Assembly (NCBI GenBank): GCA_963737345.1
Contig: CAVTSM010000003.1
Coordinates: 1,369,616 to 1,433,615 of the forward strand
DNA from: an uncultured Pseudomonadota bacterium
Lineage (GTDB): Bacteria > Myxococcota_A > Polyangia > Fen-1088
Direction of reading: 5' to 3'
Length of the DNA: 64,000 bases
In this document: positions 8,972 through 17,934 of the stretch, piece after piece
How positions within the stretch are numbered: position 1 is the stretch's first letter
Layout of the letters: every line of letters starts with the position of its first letter
Position numbers and translations under genes: made by a program
The notes under the pieces: generated by a model
What the model saw: only the letters and a program-made list of their open reading frames with translations
What the model was told of the DNA's origin: nothing
Databases searched by the model: none

Positions 8972-10331
8972 CGCCGCTCGCTCCTGGCCCGGTCGCAGGG
9001 GGGTGATGGCCAGCCTCGCCTCGATGGCCGCGGCGACGATGCTGCTCGCCTCCTGCGGCAGGCCCTTGGCCTTTCTGCCGGGCCCGTCGCTCCCGCCCAA
9101 CGTTCGTGCGACCTTGCCGCTCCTCGATCCGTTCACCGTGGATAGGTTGGCCGTCAACGTCCGCGTGGCGGGGGCCGACGGGACGCCGCTCGAAGAGGTG
9201 TTCACGGTCGACAGCGGCGCCTCGGTGACGGTCATCCGGGAGCCCCTCGCGCGCCGGCTCCGACTGAGTCCCCGGTCGAACGGACAGCTCGTCTTGATCG
9301 ATGCCGTCGGTGAGACGCAGGAGCTCAGAAGCGTCACCGTCCCCGAGGTGCAGCTCGGAACCCTGTCGTTGCGCGACCTCAACGCCGCGGCCATCGGTCC
9401 GGAGAACATTGTCGGCCAAGATCTGCTCGGCCAGCTTCCGTGGGAGGTCGATCTCGATCGGGCCACGCTCACCTTGGGCGCGGCCCCGTGGCCGGCCGGG
9501 ACGGCCATCGCGGACCTGCCGCTGCAACCTGTGCCCGATCCGAACGGGAACGCCAGCGGGGCAGCGAACGTCTCGTTCGGGCAAGAGCTCGCCGTGGCGA
9601 TGGATGGTCGACCGGTGATGATGACGCTCGACACGGGCGCTTGGAGATCGGCACTGCCGGAGGCGCTCGCCAAGGCACTGGGGCTGTCGGTTGAAGACGG
9701 CCCCGGCGAGCTCGTCGGGTCGGTGGGAATGGTTCGCCACCAGGCCTCGCTCGTGTCGGTCGATCTGGCCATGGGCGGGATTCGGCTCGATCGCAGCCGC
9801 TTGATGGTCCTGACCGGACGCCACGCCGATCGCGGGTTGCTGGGGTTGGACCTGCTCCGGCGATTCGTCTTTCGCGTCGAGCCGGGGCGGCGGCTGCAGC
9901 TGCGGGAGCGACGAGACGAGCCGTCGGCCGCGGCGGCCCGCATTGCGCGCTGGCCCTGGTCGCCGCACTGCGGATCCGGAACCTGCGTGAGCGCCCGTTT
10001 GGAAGGGAACGGGGCCCAGACGGCGATCGTGATGTCGTTGGCGGCCACCTACCAGGCCTCGCCCACGTCCTTCTTGTGGCGATGCGCCACTCCGCCGCCG
10101 GCCGGCGAGCGCGCGGCCGCTCGGAGCTCGGGCGGGGCGGTGCCTGGAATCGTGGTCTACGTTCCGACCGCTGTGGCCGGGCTCGAGCTCCGACTGATCC
10201 CGCGAGGGACGGGCTGGCCGGAGTCACTCGGCGCCGATTGCGCGGAGCTCACCCTCGTCGACGTCGATCCGGCGGGAGCCGCCGTGGCGTCGATAGGGCC
10301 GGTGGCCCTGCTGACCTCCGTGCGACCGTGA
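8958..10331 (+). CDS. lipoprotein with two retropepsin-like aspartic protease domains
   Basis: Lipobox ...AAATMLLASCG. Two Asp-protease signatures, FTVDSGASVTVI and MMTLDTGAWRSAL. An alternative start is ATG 9006. Confidence 0.6.
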   Translation: MPHGSAARSWPGRRGVMASLASMAAATMLLASCGRPLAFLPGPSLPPNVRATLPLLDPFTVDRLAVNVRVAGADGTPLEEVFTVDSGASVTVIREPLARRLRLSPRSNGQLVLIDAVGETQELRSVTVPEVQLGTLSLRDLNAAAIGPENIVGQDLLGQLPWEVDLDRATLTLGAAPWPAGTAIADLPLQPVPDPNGNASGAANVSFGQELAVAMDGRPVMMTLDTGAWRSALPEALAKALGLSVEDGPGELVGSVGMVRHQASLVSVDLAMGGIRLDRSRLMVLTGRHADRGLLGLDLLRRFVFRVEPGRRLQLRERRDEPSAAAARIARWPWSPHCGSGTCVSARLEGNGAQTAIVMSLAATYQASPTSFLWRCATPPPAGERAAARSSGGAVPGIVVYVPTAVAGLELRLIPRGTGWPESLGADCAELTLVDVDPAGAAVASIGPVALLTSVRP

Positions 10332-11830
10332 TGCAATCCCCAGCGCCGTCTCTCCACGCCGGTGCCCACCCCCGACGAAGGATAAGAAGGCGCGGTTCCC
10401 GCCGTCCGGTCGTGGCCGCCATCCGCGTGGCAGGCGGCCTGATTGCCGTCGTCTTGGCCGCCTGCGGTTCGCCGTCGGTGGCGCCCACGAAATGGACCGG
10501 CGAGGTCACCTGGTCATCCGCGCACTTCGTTTATCACGCTCGCCCCGACGACGGCACCGTGGGCCCCGAGGTGATCGACGATCTCGAGAGCAACGCCGCT
10601 CTGGTGGCGTCGGGTTGGCTCCAGCTGCCGGAGCACACCTCAGGTCCCATCCACTACTTCAAGTACCGGAGCTTCGACGAACTGGTGGCGGCCCGCTCGG
10701 TATGTGAGGACAGAGCCTGCACGCACCTGTTCGCCGATGGTCGCGTCGAGGTTCACTCCTCGCTCCCTGTCGAGTTGCACGAACTGGTGCACGCCTACAC
10801 GTTGCCTGCCTTCTGCGCGACAGAGATGTTTCGCGAGGGGCTGGCGGTCAGCCTTACCTGCGATCCCCCGACGGAGCCCGGTCCCTACGCGACGACATCG
10901 CCGGCCGCGCTTCCCTCCTCGTGGCGGGATTTGACGAGCTTCGGGGGGGCGAACCCGACTTCGTATCAACCGGCGGGGTTGCTGGTCACCTGGCTCGTCG
11001 ACACATGGGGCCGCGACGCGTTTCTTCGATTCTACCGGCAGGTTGGCTGCGGGGTCGGTCCCGACGCCATCGCCAGCACCTTCATCGCGGCTTATGGCGA
11101 AACGCTGGACGATGTGTGGGCTGCGATGGTGGCAGCGCCGCGAAGACGAGGCTGCCTGTCTTTGAGTGCCTGCGCGGCTGGCGCCGCGTCGGGAGCCGTG
11201 ACACTGACCAATCGCTCGTCGGGATTTCGCCTCGCGGTCCCGGTCGCCGATCCTGGCGCGGCGGGAGCGGTCATCCGGGCCGAGTACGCCGCGGGCGCTG
11301 AGCCGCCCGTGATCCGTCCTTGCAAGGCCGCGGGCGCCTTCCCCGACGGTGGCGGCCAATGGCCAGCCGACCCCGCCAGCTGGTCGCCTGTGGTGCTCTT
11401 GAGCTTCGAGCAGCCGGTGGCGGTCGCCTTGAGGACCTTCGATGGAAGCACGAGCGATCCAGCTGTCGACCTCGCTCTGGACGTCACCCCAGTGCCGCTG
11501 GCGGGCGTGCCGGCGCCGGGCGGAGGCGACTGCGCCGGGACCACGCCAATCGTGGTGAGCGACACCCGAGCCACCGTCCTGCTGTGGCCACGCAACCAAT
11601 CGTTCGTGCTCGGCTTGCAATCCTCCGCGGCCGAACCGTCGCAAACGACCCGGATCCGCCACGACGGCGGAGGGGAGGCGCGCCTCGAGGCGTGCAGCGC
11701 GTGCGCCGACGGGACCTTGCAGGGTTGCGCCGACGCATCGACCACCGACGGCGTCAACGCGCCTTGGCTCCGGGTGACCTGGGCGCCAGCCGTTCCGCGC
11801 CCTCTCAAGATCGCCATCGAGTGGTTGTAG
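10331..11830 (+). CDS. lipoprotein, putative zinc metallopeptidase (HExxH)
   Basis: The start overlaps the upstream stop by 1 nt (TGATG). Lipobox IAVVLAACGS. Contains VELHELVHAY...EMFREGLA (HExxH plus a downstream Glu). Confidence 0.6.
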   Translation: MQSPAPSLHAGAHPRRRIRRRGSRRPVVAAIRVAGGLIAVVLAACGSPSVAPTKWTGEVTWSSAHFVYHARPDDGTVGPEVIDDLESNAALVASGWLQLPEHTSGPIHYFKYRSFDELVAARSVCEDRACTHLFADGRVEVHSSLPVELHELVHAYTLPAFCATEMFREGLAVSLTCDPPTEPGPYATTSPAALPSSWRDLTSFGGANPTSYQPAGLLVTWLVDTWGRDAFLRFYRQVGCGVGPDAIASTFIAAYGETLDDVWAAMVAAPRRRGCLSLSACAAGAASGAVTLTNRSSGFRLAVPVADPGAAGAVIRAEYAAGAEPPVIRPCKAAGAFPDGGGQWPADPASWSPVVLLSFEQPVAVALRTFDGSTSDPAVDLALDVTPVPLAGVPAPGGGDCAGTTPIVVSDTRATVLLWPRNQSFVLGLQSSAAEPSQTTRIRHDGGGEARLEACSACADGTLQGCADASTTDGVNAPWLRVTWAPAVPRPLKIAIEWL

Positions 11831-11884
11831 TCCGGCGAGCAGCCCCGCGCGCGCTGGCCCGGGTTGTCAGGCCCACGGCTCCGA

Positions 11885-12583
11885 TCAATCGGAAGCGATT
11901 CCCAGCTCACGGATCATGTCGCACAGAATGCGGTAGGGAACGCCCGCCCGGCGGGCGGCCTCTTGCCGGCTGGCGCAAAGACCGAGGAGGTAGCGGATAT
12001 ACCTCTCCCGGAACTGCCTCTCGGCGGAGGGAAGTGGCTGCCCGGTGGCGAGCTGAGTCGGGGCGGTCAACCGTGGAGGCGGAGGCACGGCCTCGATGGC
12101 GGCTGCCGCCAGTCGGCGCAGCCGCGCCCCGCGCGCGAGCGGACCGCCGGCCCGCGCCAGCCAGGCGGCCATGTCGCGCGCCGGAACGATGCGCGTGATG
12201 CCGAGGACGGAGGCGGCGGCCGCTTCTGGGACGTCGGCGTCGTCGCCATAAAGGACGATCTCGGTGAAGGGATTCGCTCGACGGGCGAGCGCGCCGTCGT
12301 CGAGCCCGATCGGCCGCCGTCCGCCCAAAGCCAGGAGGGCGAGGTCGGCCACAAGCAGCTCCCTCGCCAGCGCCGGAGATTCCGAGGCGCAAAGGAGGAC
12401 GGCAATCTCGCGCTCCCCGTCGAGTGCCGATGCGACCTGCCGTGCGCGCGACGGATTGTCATCGACGACCAGCACGCGCGCCGCCTCACGGCGCTGTTCC
12501 AACGGTGCCTGCGCATCTCCGCCCCGCTCTGCGTTCGCGTCCATCGCCACCCTCCCCTCGGAAACGTCAGCCCGGTCGGCCAA
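11885..12583 (-). CDS. receiver-like domain + Fis-type HTH regulator (degenerate receiver)
   Basis: RVLVVDDNPS... receiver start. C-terminal SRQEAARRAGVPYRILCDMIRELGI is a Fis-family HTH pattern. The expected phospho-Asp position reads ADLALLALG. Confidence 0.7.
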   Translation of the reverse strand: MADRADVSEGRVAMDANAERGGDAQAPLEQRREAARVLVVDDNPSRARQVASALDGEREIAVLLCASESPALARELLVADLALLALGGRRPIGLDDGALARRANPFTEIVLYGDDADVPEAAAASVLGITRIVPARDMAAWLARAGGPLARGARLRRLAAAAIEAVPPPPRLTAPTQLATGQPLPSAERQFRERYIRYLLGLCASRQEAARRAGVPYRILCDMIRELGIASD

Positions 12584-12792
12584 CGAAAGCTTTCAAGCAA
12601 GCCAACCGTCTTCGCGAGCGAGCATAGCGCCATCACGAAAGGCGAGCAAACAAAGGGTGCCACCCGAATTGCGTGGCCGTTCGACGATGGTGGTTGCCGT
12701 CTTCGTCCCACAGCCGCGCACACCCAGACTCGCGCCAATATTAGCTTTCTCGGGCTTGTCGCCAGCGCGGGCGAGGCCAGATTCCCGAAGCG

Positions 12793-15543
12793 ATGAGCCC
12801 CAGAGGTCTGGCAGCGCAAGCTGCGGCGATTGCGCTGGCGACATCATGCTGGCTGTCGGGTTGCGGCAAAGTCACGACGGCAACAGGGGCAGACGCGATC
12901 GCGATCCACCGCGACGCCGGAGTCCCCGTGGCGTGCAGTGCCGCAGGCGCGCCGAAGAAGACCGACGGGCAGGCCTGCGGCTGCGGGGGCGACTGCCACA
13001 GCGGCTTTTGCGTCGACGGTGTCTGCTGCGACACCGCGTGCACCGACACTTGCAAGGCCTGCAACGTGCCTGGCGCCCCCGGGATCTGCACGTTCGTGCC
13101 GGCGGGGAGCCCGCCATCATCGGCGGCGATGTGCCCAAAATCGAACGTCGCCACCTGTGGCCTCGACGGCACGTGTGATGGGCAGGGGAGCTGCCGGCGG
13201 TACCCGGCGGGGACCACCTGTAAACCGGGCACGTGCCAGGGCGCGGCCGTGACGGGCACCGAAGTTTGCGACGGAATGGGAAGCTGCGAACCCGGCGCCC
13301 AAATCGTCTGTGCGCCATTCGGCTGCGACGCTACGACCGGGGCCTGCTTTCCGGAGTGCCGTTCGGATGCGGACTGCGCCTCGGGCGTCAAATGCGTCTC
13401 CGGAAGTTGTGGTCCCAAGCCGGAAGGCGCGGTGTGCACGAAAGCCAGCGAATGCGGGTCGGGCTTCTGCGCCGATGGCGTCTGCTGCAACGTGGCCTGC
13501 AGCGGCGCTTGCGTCAGCTGCAATCAGCCCTCTCGAACCGGCGTCTGCTGGCCGATCGCCGCGGGTGTCGGGGACCCGCACACGGTCTGCCACGACCGCG
13601 GGGCGGCCTCCTGCGGACAGACCGGCGCCTGCGACGGACTGGGCGGCTGCGCGCTCTACAAGGTCGAGACTGTCTGCACCGCGCCCTCGTGCACCGGCGA
13701 CGTGTTGAGCACGGCGGGGACCTGCGACGGTCTCGGGACCTGCCGGACGCCCGAACTGGAAAAGTGCGCCCCCTATCGTTGTTCGGCCGGCGCATGCAAC
13801 GATCGGTGCGCGACGGACGCTGACTGCGTCAGCGGACAGGCTTGCGACAACGGCAGTTGCGGCCCGAAGCCCAACGGCCAGTCCTGCCGTGCCGCCGGGG
13901 AATGCGCCAGCGGCTTCTGCGCCGGCGGTGTCTGCTGCGACAGCGCCTGTACGGGAAGTTGCCGGAGCTGCGGCTTACCTTCAGCAATGGGCACCTGTAC
14001 GCCCGTTCCGGCAGGCGCGTCCGACCCGGCTGGCGTGTGCAAGGACCAGGGGGCAGCCTCCTGCGGCGCCGACGGCAAATGCGACGGCGCCGGAGGTTGT
14101 CGAAAGTACCAAGCGGGAACAGTCTGCGCGTCGGAGCGCTGCACCGCCGGCGCTTACAGCGCCGCGTCCAAGTGCGACTCCGCCGGTCACTGCCTGTCGC
14201 CGGCGCCCACGACCTGCGCGCCCTTCACCTGCAATGGCAACCGGTGCTTCGCGGCGTGCACGAGCGACGCGAATTGTTCCTCGGGGAACAGCTGCGTCGG
14301 GAATTCCTGCGGCAAGTCGTCGAATGGCGCTGCCTGCTCGAGCGGCGGGCAGTGTGCTTCAGGTGTGTGCGCCCAAGGCATCTGCTGCGCGACCGCTTGC
14401 GGCGGCGCGTGCAAGTCGTGCGCGCTCCCGGGTTCGGTCGGGCAGTGCCACAGCGTGCCGGCCGGCAGCCCTGATCCGGCAGGTTCTTGCGTCGATCAAG
14501 GCGCTGCTTCTTGCGGCACCAACGGCAAGTGCGACGGCACGGGCGCCTGCCAGCTGTACGCGGCGGGAACCGCCTGCAAAGGGGCCAGCTGTCCGACGGG
14601 CACGAACACGTTCACCCCCGCCTCGACCTGTAACGGCAGCGGAATTTGCGCCACCCCGGCCCCCAGCACGTGCGGTCCATTTCAGTGCGGCGGCTCAGCG
14701 TGCAAGTCGACGTGCGCGTCCAACGCGGACTGCGTGGCGCCCGCTGCCTGCGTGAATGGCTCCTGCGGTCTCAAGGCCAACGGCGCCGGCTGCGCGACCG
14801 CCACCGAGTGCACCAGCGGCGCGTGCGCCCAGGGCGTCTGCTGCGCCACCGCCTGCACCGGGAGCTGCCTGTCTTGTAACCTCGCCGGGCAGGTCGGCAC
14901 CTGCTCGCCAGTGCCTGCCGGCAAAGCCGATCCCACCGGAACCTGCAAGGATCAGGGGGCCGCCAGCTGCGGCACGAACGGCAAGTGTGACGGCGCGGGC
15001 GCCTGCCAGACCTACCCCACCGGGTCAGGCTGCGGCGGAGGCGGCACCTGCCAGGCGGGCGTGTGCCAGGGCCCGGCGCCGAACGGAACGTCGTGTACCG
15101 CCGATGCCGACTGTGCCAGCCACCACTGCACCGACGGCTTTTGCTGCGGCATGGACCGCTGTGGCGCCTGTAAGAGCTGCGGCGTGAAGGGAAGCGAGGG
15201 GACCTGCGCCGCCGTCCCGGCCGGAACGGCCGATATGGGCTGCGCGGCGATGGCGGCCAGTAGCTGCGGTAAGAACGGGACCTGCGACGGTGCCGGCAGC
15301 TGCGCCCTCTATCCCGACGGCACAGCGTGCGGCGCGCCCCGCTGCTCGACGAAGCAGGCCGCCATCGTGAACCGACAATGCAGCAAAGGCACGTGCGTCG
15401 ATGGCGCCGTGATGACCAGCTGCGCGCCATTCAACTGCGACGCGATGACGGACCTATGCAACGTCGCTTGCACGACCATGGCCGATTGCGCGGCCGGATC
15501 CATGTGCCAGGACGGCGCCGCCGGCATGAAGACCTGCAACTGA
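12793..15543 (+). CDS. 916-aa extremely Cys-rich repeat lipoprotein
   Basis: Lipobox CWLSGCGK. About 140 Cys by hand count. Recurring unit C.SG.C..G(V/I/F)CC..AC.G.C.SC...G..G.C..VPAG..DP...C.D.GAASCG..G.CDG.G.C. Confidence 0.8.
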   Translation: MSPRGLAAQAAAIALATSCWLSGCGKVTTATGADAIAIHRDAGVPVACSAAGAPKKTDGQACGCGGDCHSGFCVDGVCCDTACTDTCKACNVPGAPGICTFVPAGSPPSSAAMCPKSNVATCGLDGTCDGQGSCRRYPAGTTCKPGTCQGAAVTGTEVCDGMGSCEPGAQIVCAPFGCDATTGACFPECRSDADCASGVKCVSGSCGPKPEGAVCTKASECGSGFCADGVCCNVACSGACVSCNQPSRTGVCWPIAAGVGDPHTVCHDRGAASCGQTGACDGLGGCALYKVETVCTAPSCTGDVLSTAGTCDGLGTCRTPELEKCAPYRCSAGACNDRCATDADCVSGQACDNGSCGPKPNGQSCRAAGECASGFCAGGVCCDSACTGSCRSCGLPSAMGTCTPVPAGASDPAGVCKDQGAASCGADGKCDGAGGCRKYQAGTVCASERCTAGAYSAASKCDSAGHCLSPAPTTCAPFTCNGNRCFAACTSDANCSSGNSCVGNSCGKSSNGAACSSGGQCASGVCAQGICCATACGGACKSCALPGSVGQCHSVPAGSPDPAGSCVDQGAASCGTNGKCDGTGACQLYAAGTACKGASCPTGTNTFTPASTCNGSGICATPAPSTCGPFQCGGSACKSTCASNADCVAPAACVNGSCGLKANGAGCATATECTSGACAQGVCCATACTGSCLSCNLAGQVGTCSPVPAGKADPTGTCKDQGAASCGTNGKCDGAGACQTYPTGSGCGGGGTCQAGVCQGPAPNGTSCTADADCASHHCTDGFCCGMDRCGACKSCGVKGSEGTCAAVPAGTADMGCAAMAASSCGKNGTCDGAGSCALYPDGTACGAPRCSTKQAAIVNRQCSKGTCVDGAVMTSCAPFNCDAMTDLCNVACTTMADCAAGSMCQDGAAGMKTCN
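12964..15540 (+). repeat. six in-frame coding repeats (~150 aa / ~450 nt period; the fifth is shortened)
   Basis: The G(V/I/F)CC motif occurs at residues 76-79, 229-232, 379-382, 529-532, 681-684 and 782-785 of the 12793..15543 product. Confidence 0.75.
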
Positions 15544-15620
15544 GCTGGCGCGGCCGGCGCTCCCGGCGTTCGAGTTGCCGGTCGTTGACCTCGGGCCACA
15601 CGGCCGCGCTGGCCGGCGGG

Positions 15621-16007
15621 CTACTCCAGCTGCAGTCCGCAATCGGTGCAGGCACCGCTGACGAGCGGTGCGGCGGTGCCGCACGCCGGACAGGCGGCCT
15701 CGCCCCCCTCGGGGCTGGCGACCGCCGTGTGCCCCTCGTCGATGGTGCCCTCGCGCAGCGCCATCTGCCGCCACCGATTCTGCGCCAGACGGGCCACCCG
15801 TGGGACATCCTCCGCGCGCGCGTGCAGCGCGATCTTGGGGGCGCAGCCGCAGCCGGACGACCCGCAGCACGCACCCCGCGCCAGCAGCACGGGAATCTCC
15901 GCGGCCAAGCAGGCCTCGCGCAGCTCCTTTGCCTCTTGCAAGGAAGCTTGCAGGCAGGCCACCGTCTCGGCCACGGCCAGCATCGCCTCCGCCTGGTCTA
16001 GGTCCAT
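15621..16007 (-). CDS. hypothetical protein with a C-terminal zinc-ribbon-like CPAC...CTDC
   Basis: ATG lies 9 nt downstream of the stop of 16017..16763. Cys cluster GACCGSSGCGC and C-terminal CPACG...CTDCG. Confidence 0.5.
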   Translation of the reverse strand: MDLDQAEAMLAVAETVACLQASLQEAKELREACLAAEIPVLLARGACCGSSGCGCAPKIALHARAEDVPRVARLAQNRWRQMALREGTIDEGHTAVASPEGGEAACPACGTAAPLVSGACTDCGLQLE

Positions 16008-16016
16008 GCCGTCATC

Positions 16017-16763
16017 TTAAACGATGGGCTGGGGTCGGTCCCCCGGAGGCGACGCCAGGAGGCGAACCTCAATCGACGCGCGGCGGGTACGCTGCCCCTC
16101 GCGATGAATGCGCAGCCACGGACGAATCGTATCGATGGCCGCCTCCAGGGTCGGCACCTGCACGACCATGTAACCGCCTATCAGTTCCTTGGATTCGATG
16201 AACGGACCGTCGTGCAAGAAACGCTGCGCCGCCGATCGACGGACGCGCGTCCCCTTGGCGCTCGGTTTGAGCCCTTCGCCGCCGATCATGGTGTTGGCCT
16301 CGACGAGAGGAGCGCAGTACGTGTCCATTCGTGCCAGTGATTCGGGCGTCGGCACCTCGACGCCTTCGAGACTGTTCCGAATCATCGCGATGTAGCGACG
16401 CGTTCCGGGCTTTCGGACCGAAGGCGGGGCCGCCCCGGGGGGATTCGGATCCGGTGGCGCGCCGAAGTCTTGGGGCGTGAACGACTCGCGCACTTCGAGC
16501 GTGCCGTCGCCGCCGGGAGCATTCTTTGCGAGCTCGACCGCCGCAGCACGCGACGGCAGGTCGACGATCCAGAGCGCACGCAGCGCGGAGACATCTCGCG
16601 CGAGAACCGCTGGTGAGTCGCCGTCCTCTGAAATCGTGGCGCCTTCGTCGAGGAGCTGCTCGGTTCCGAGCACGTGTACCCCCTGCCGCTCGAGGTACTC
16701 CGTGATTGCCTCGATCTCTGTCTCTTGCCGCGCCTCCGCGCTCAGCGTCATCATGAGCCTCAT
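16017..16763 (-). CDS. tandem YciI-like (DGPF) domain protein
   Basis: Two YCII-type halves. The second contains FLHDGPFIESKELIGGYMVVQVPTLEAAI. Confidence 0.65.
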   Translation of the reverse strand: MRLMMTLSAEARQETEIEAITEYLERQGVHVLGTEQLLDEGATISEDGDSPAVLARDVSALRALWIVDLPSRAAAVELAKNAPGGDGTLEVRESFTPQDFGAPPDPNPPGAAPPSVRKPGTRRYIAMIRNSLEGVEVPTPESLARMDTYCAPLVEANTMIGGEGLKPSAKGTRVRRSAAQRFLHDGPFIESKELIGGYMVVQVPTLEAAIDTIRPWLRIHREGQRTRRASIEVRLLASPPGDRPQPIV

Positions 16764-16793
16764 CCCGTTCCTCCGTCGTCGACAATACTCGCG

Positions 16794-17363
16794 TCAGCGC
16801 TTCGTCAGGTAGTGAAGCGCGATGACACCCGTGCTGAACGCCTTCGACGAGATGAGCTCGAGCCGCGCGCGGTTCTCGCGCTTGCCAAAAAGCGGCAGCC
16901 CATCACCGAGGATCGTCGGCTGCAACGTGAGGCGCCATTCGTCGATCAGGTCGGCCGCAGCAAGCGCGCGCGTGAGAGTCGGGCTGCCGAAGATCATGAT
17001 GTCCCCACCCGCCTTCTGCTTCTCGGCGCCCAGCGCGCCGAGGATGTCCTCGCCGACCACGCGCACGTTCGGGCTCGGCGGCGCCGCGAGCGTACGAGAT
17101 GCGACCACTTTTTTCACGGCGCCGTACCAGCGCGCATGACTCTTCGTGTGCGCGTCCGCGTCGGGCGCCTGCCCCGCCCTGGGCCAGTAGCTTTCCATCA
17201 TGTCGTAGGTGACCCGTCCGTAGACGGCCAGGTCGACGTTGTCGATGAGTGGATAGGTGTGGTCGGCCAGCTGGTCGTCGAAGACGATGAAGTTCATGTC
17301 CCCGCCGGGACCCGCCATGAAGCCGTCGAGAGAAATGTGAGCGAGCGAGATGATGTTCCGCAT
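16794..17363 (-). CDS. dihydrofolate reductase family protein (RibD C-terminal domain type)
   Basis: ISLDGFMAGPGGDMNF...VYGRVTYDMM...IMIFGSPTLTRALAAADLIDEWRLTLQPTILGDGLPLF. Confidence 0.85.
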   Translation of the reverse strand: MRNIISLAHISLDGFMAGPGGDMNFIVFDDQLADHTYPLIDNVDLAVYGRVTYDMMESYWPRAGQAPDADAHTKSHARWYGAVKKVVASRTLAAPPSPNVRVVGEDILGALGAEKQKAGGDIMIFGSPTLTRALAAADLIDEWRLTLQPTILGDGLPLFGKRENRARLELISSKAFSTGVIALHYLTKR

Positions 17364-17576
17364 GTTCGGTCCGTCCTTTCACTCATGCGACGAATCCGGC
17401 CCCGCGGAATCGACTAAAAGTTGCAGGAAAAGGCGAGGGCCACAAGTGGCTGTAATCATTGATCCCTGCCCCGACCGCGGCGTCCGCATGGGTGGGTGCC
17501 GGCACCGGGTGGAGTATCACCGGGTGCATCGGCGCTGACGAGGTCCAGGTAGGCCCGGACGAATGAAGAGCGGCCG

Positions 17577-17792
17577 TCAGCGGGTCGGGTGTTCCGCAGC
17601 CATGGCCCGCTCCGAGATGGCCATCTCGTCGGCCAGAATGACCGGCTTGAACTGGTTCCGCGCGCTCAGGGTGACAAACAGGACCGCAAACGCCCCGCCC
17701 ACCCAGAGGCACCCGATTGCAATGCCCAGCAGCGAGATGTTCGATCCGCGCGTTGGCAGGTCTGCTCGGTAGGTCCGGTCACTCGCGCTCAT
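17577..17792 (-). CDS. small single-TM membrane protein (71 aa)
   Basis: AGGTGA lies 7-8 nt upstream of the ATG. Central hydrophobic helix ISLLGIAIGCLWVGGAFAVLFV. Confidence 0.45.
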   Translation of the reverse strand: MSASDRTYRADLPTRGSNISLLGIAIGCLWVGGAFAVLFVTLSARNQFKPVILADEMAISERAMAAEHPTR

Positions 17793-17934
17793 CTGGTTTC
17801 ACCTAATACTGCAGAGCCACCGCAGCCAGATGGGGCGAGACCCTAGACTTAGACTACACGGCGGCGCAGAAAGGGCGTGAGTGGAGGCCATTTTCGCCGG
17901 GGGCCGTGCTGGCGCGCCGCGCGCGGCGCGACGA

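Noticed and set aside
12640-12700. Sigma-54-type promoter (GGTGCCACCCGAATTGCG) upstream of the Cys-rich lipoprotein gene
   Set aside because: The GG-to-GC spacing is 13 nt rather than 10 and the -24 element is not TGGCAC. The adjacent regulator lacks an AAA+ domain.
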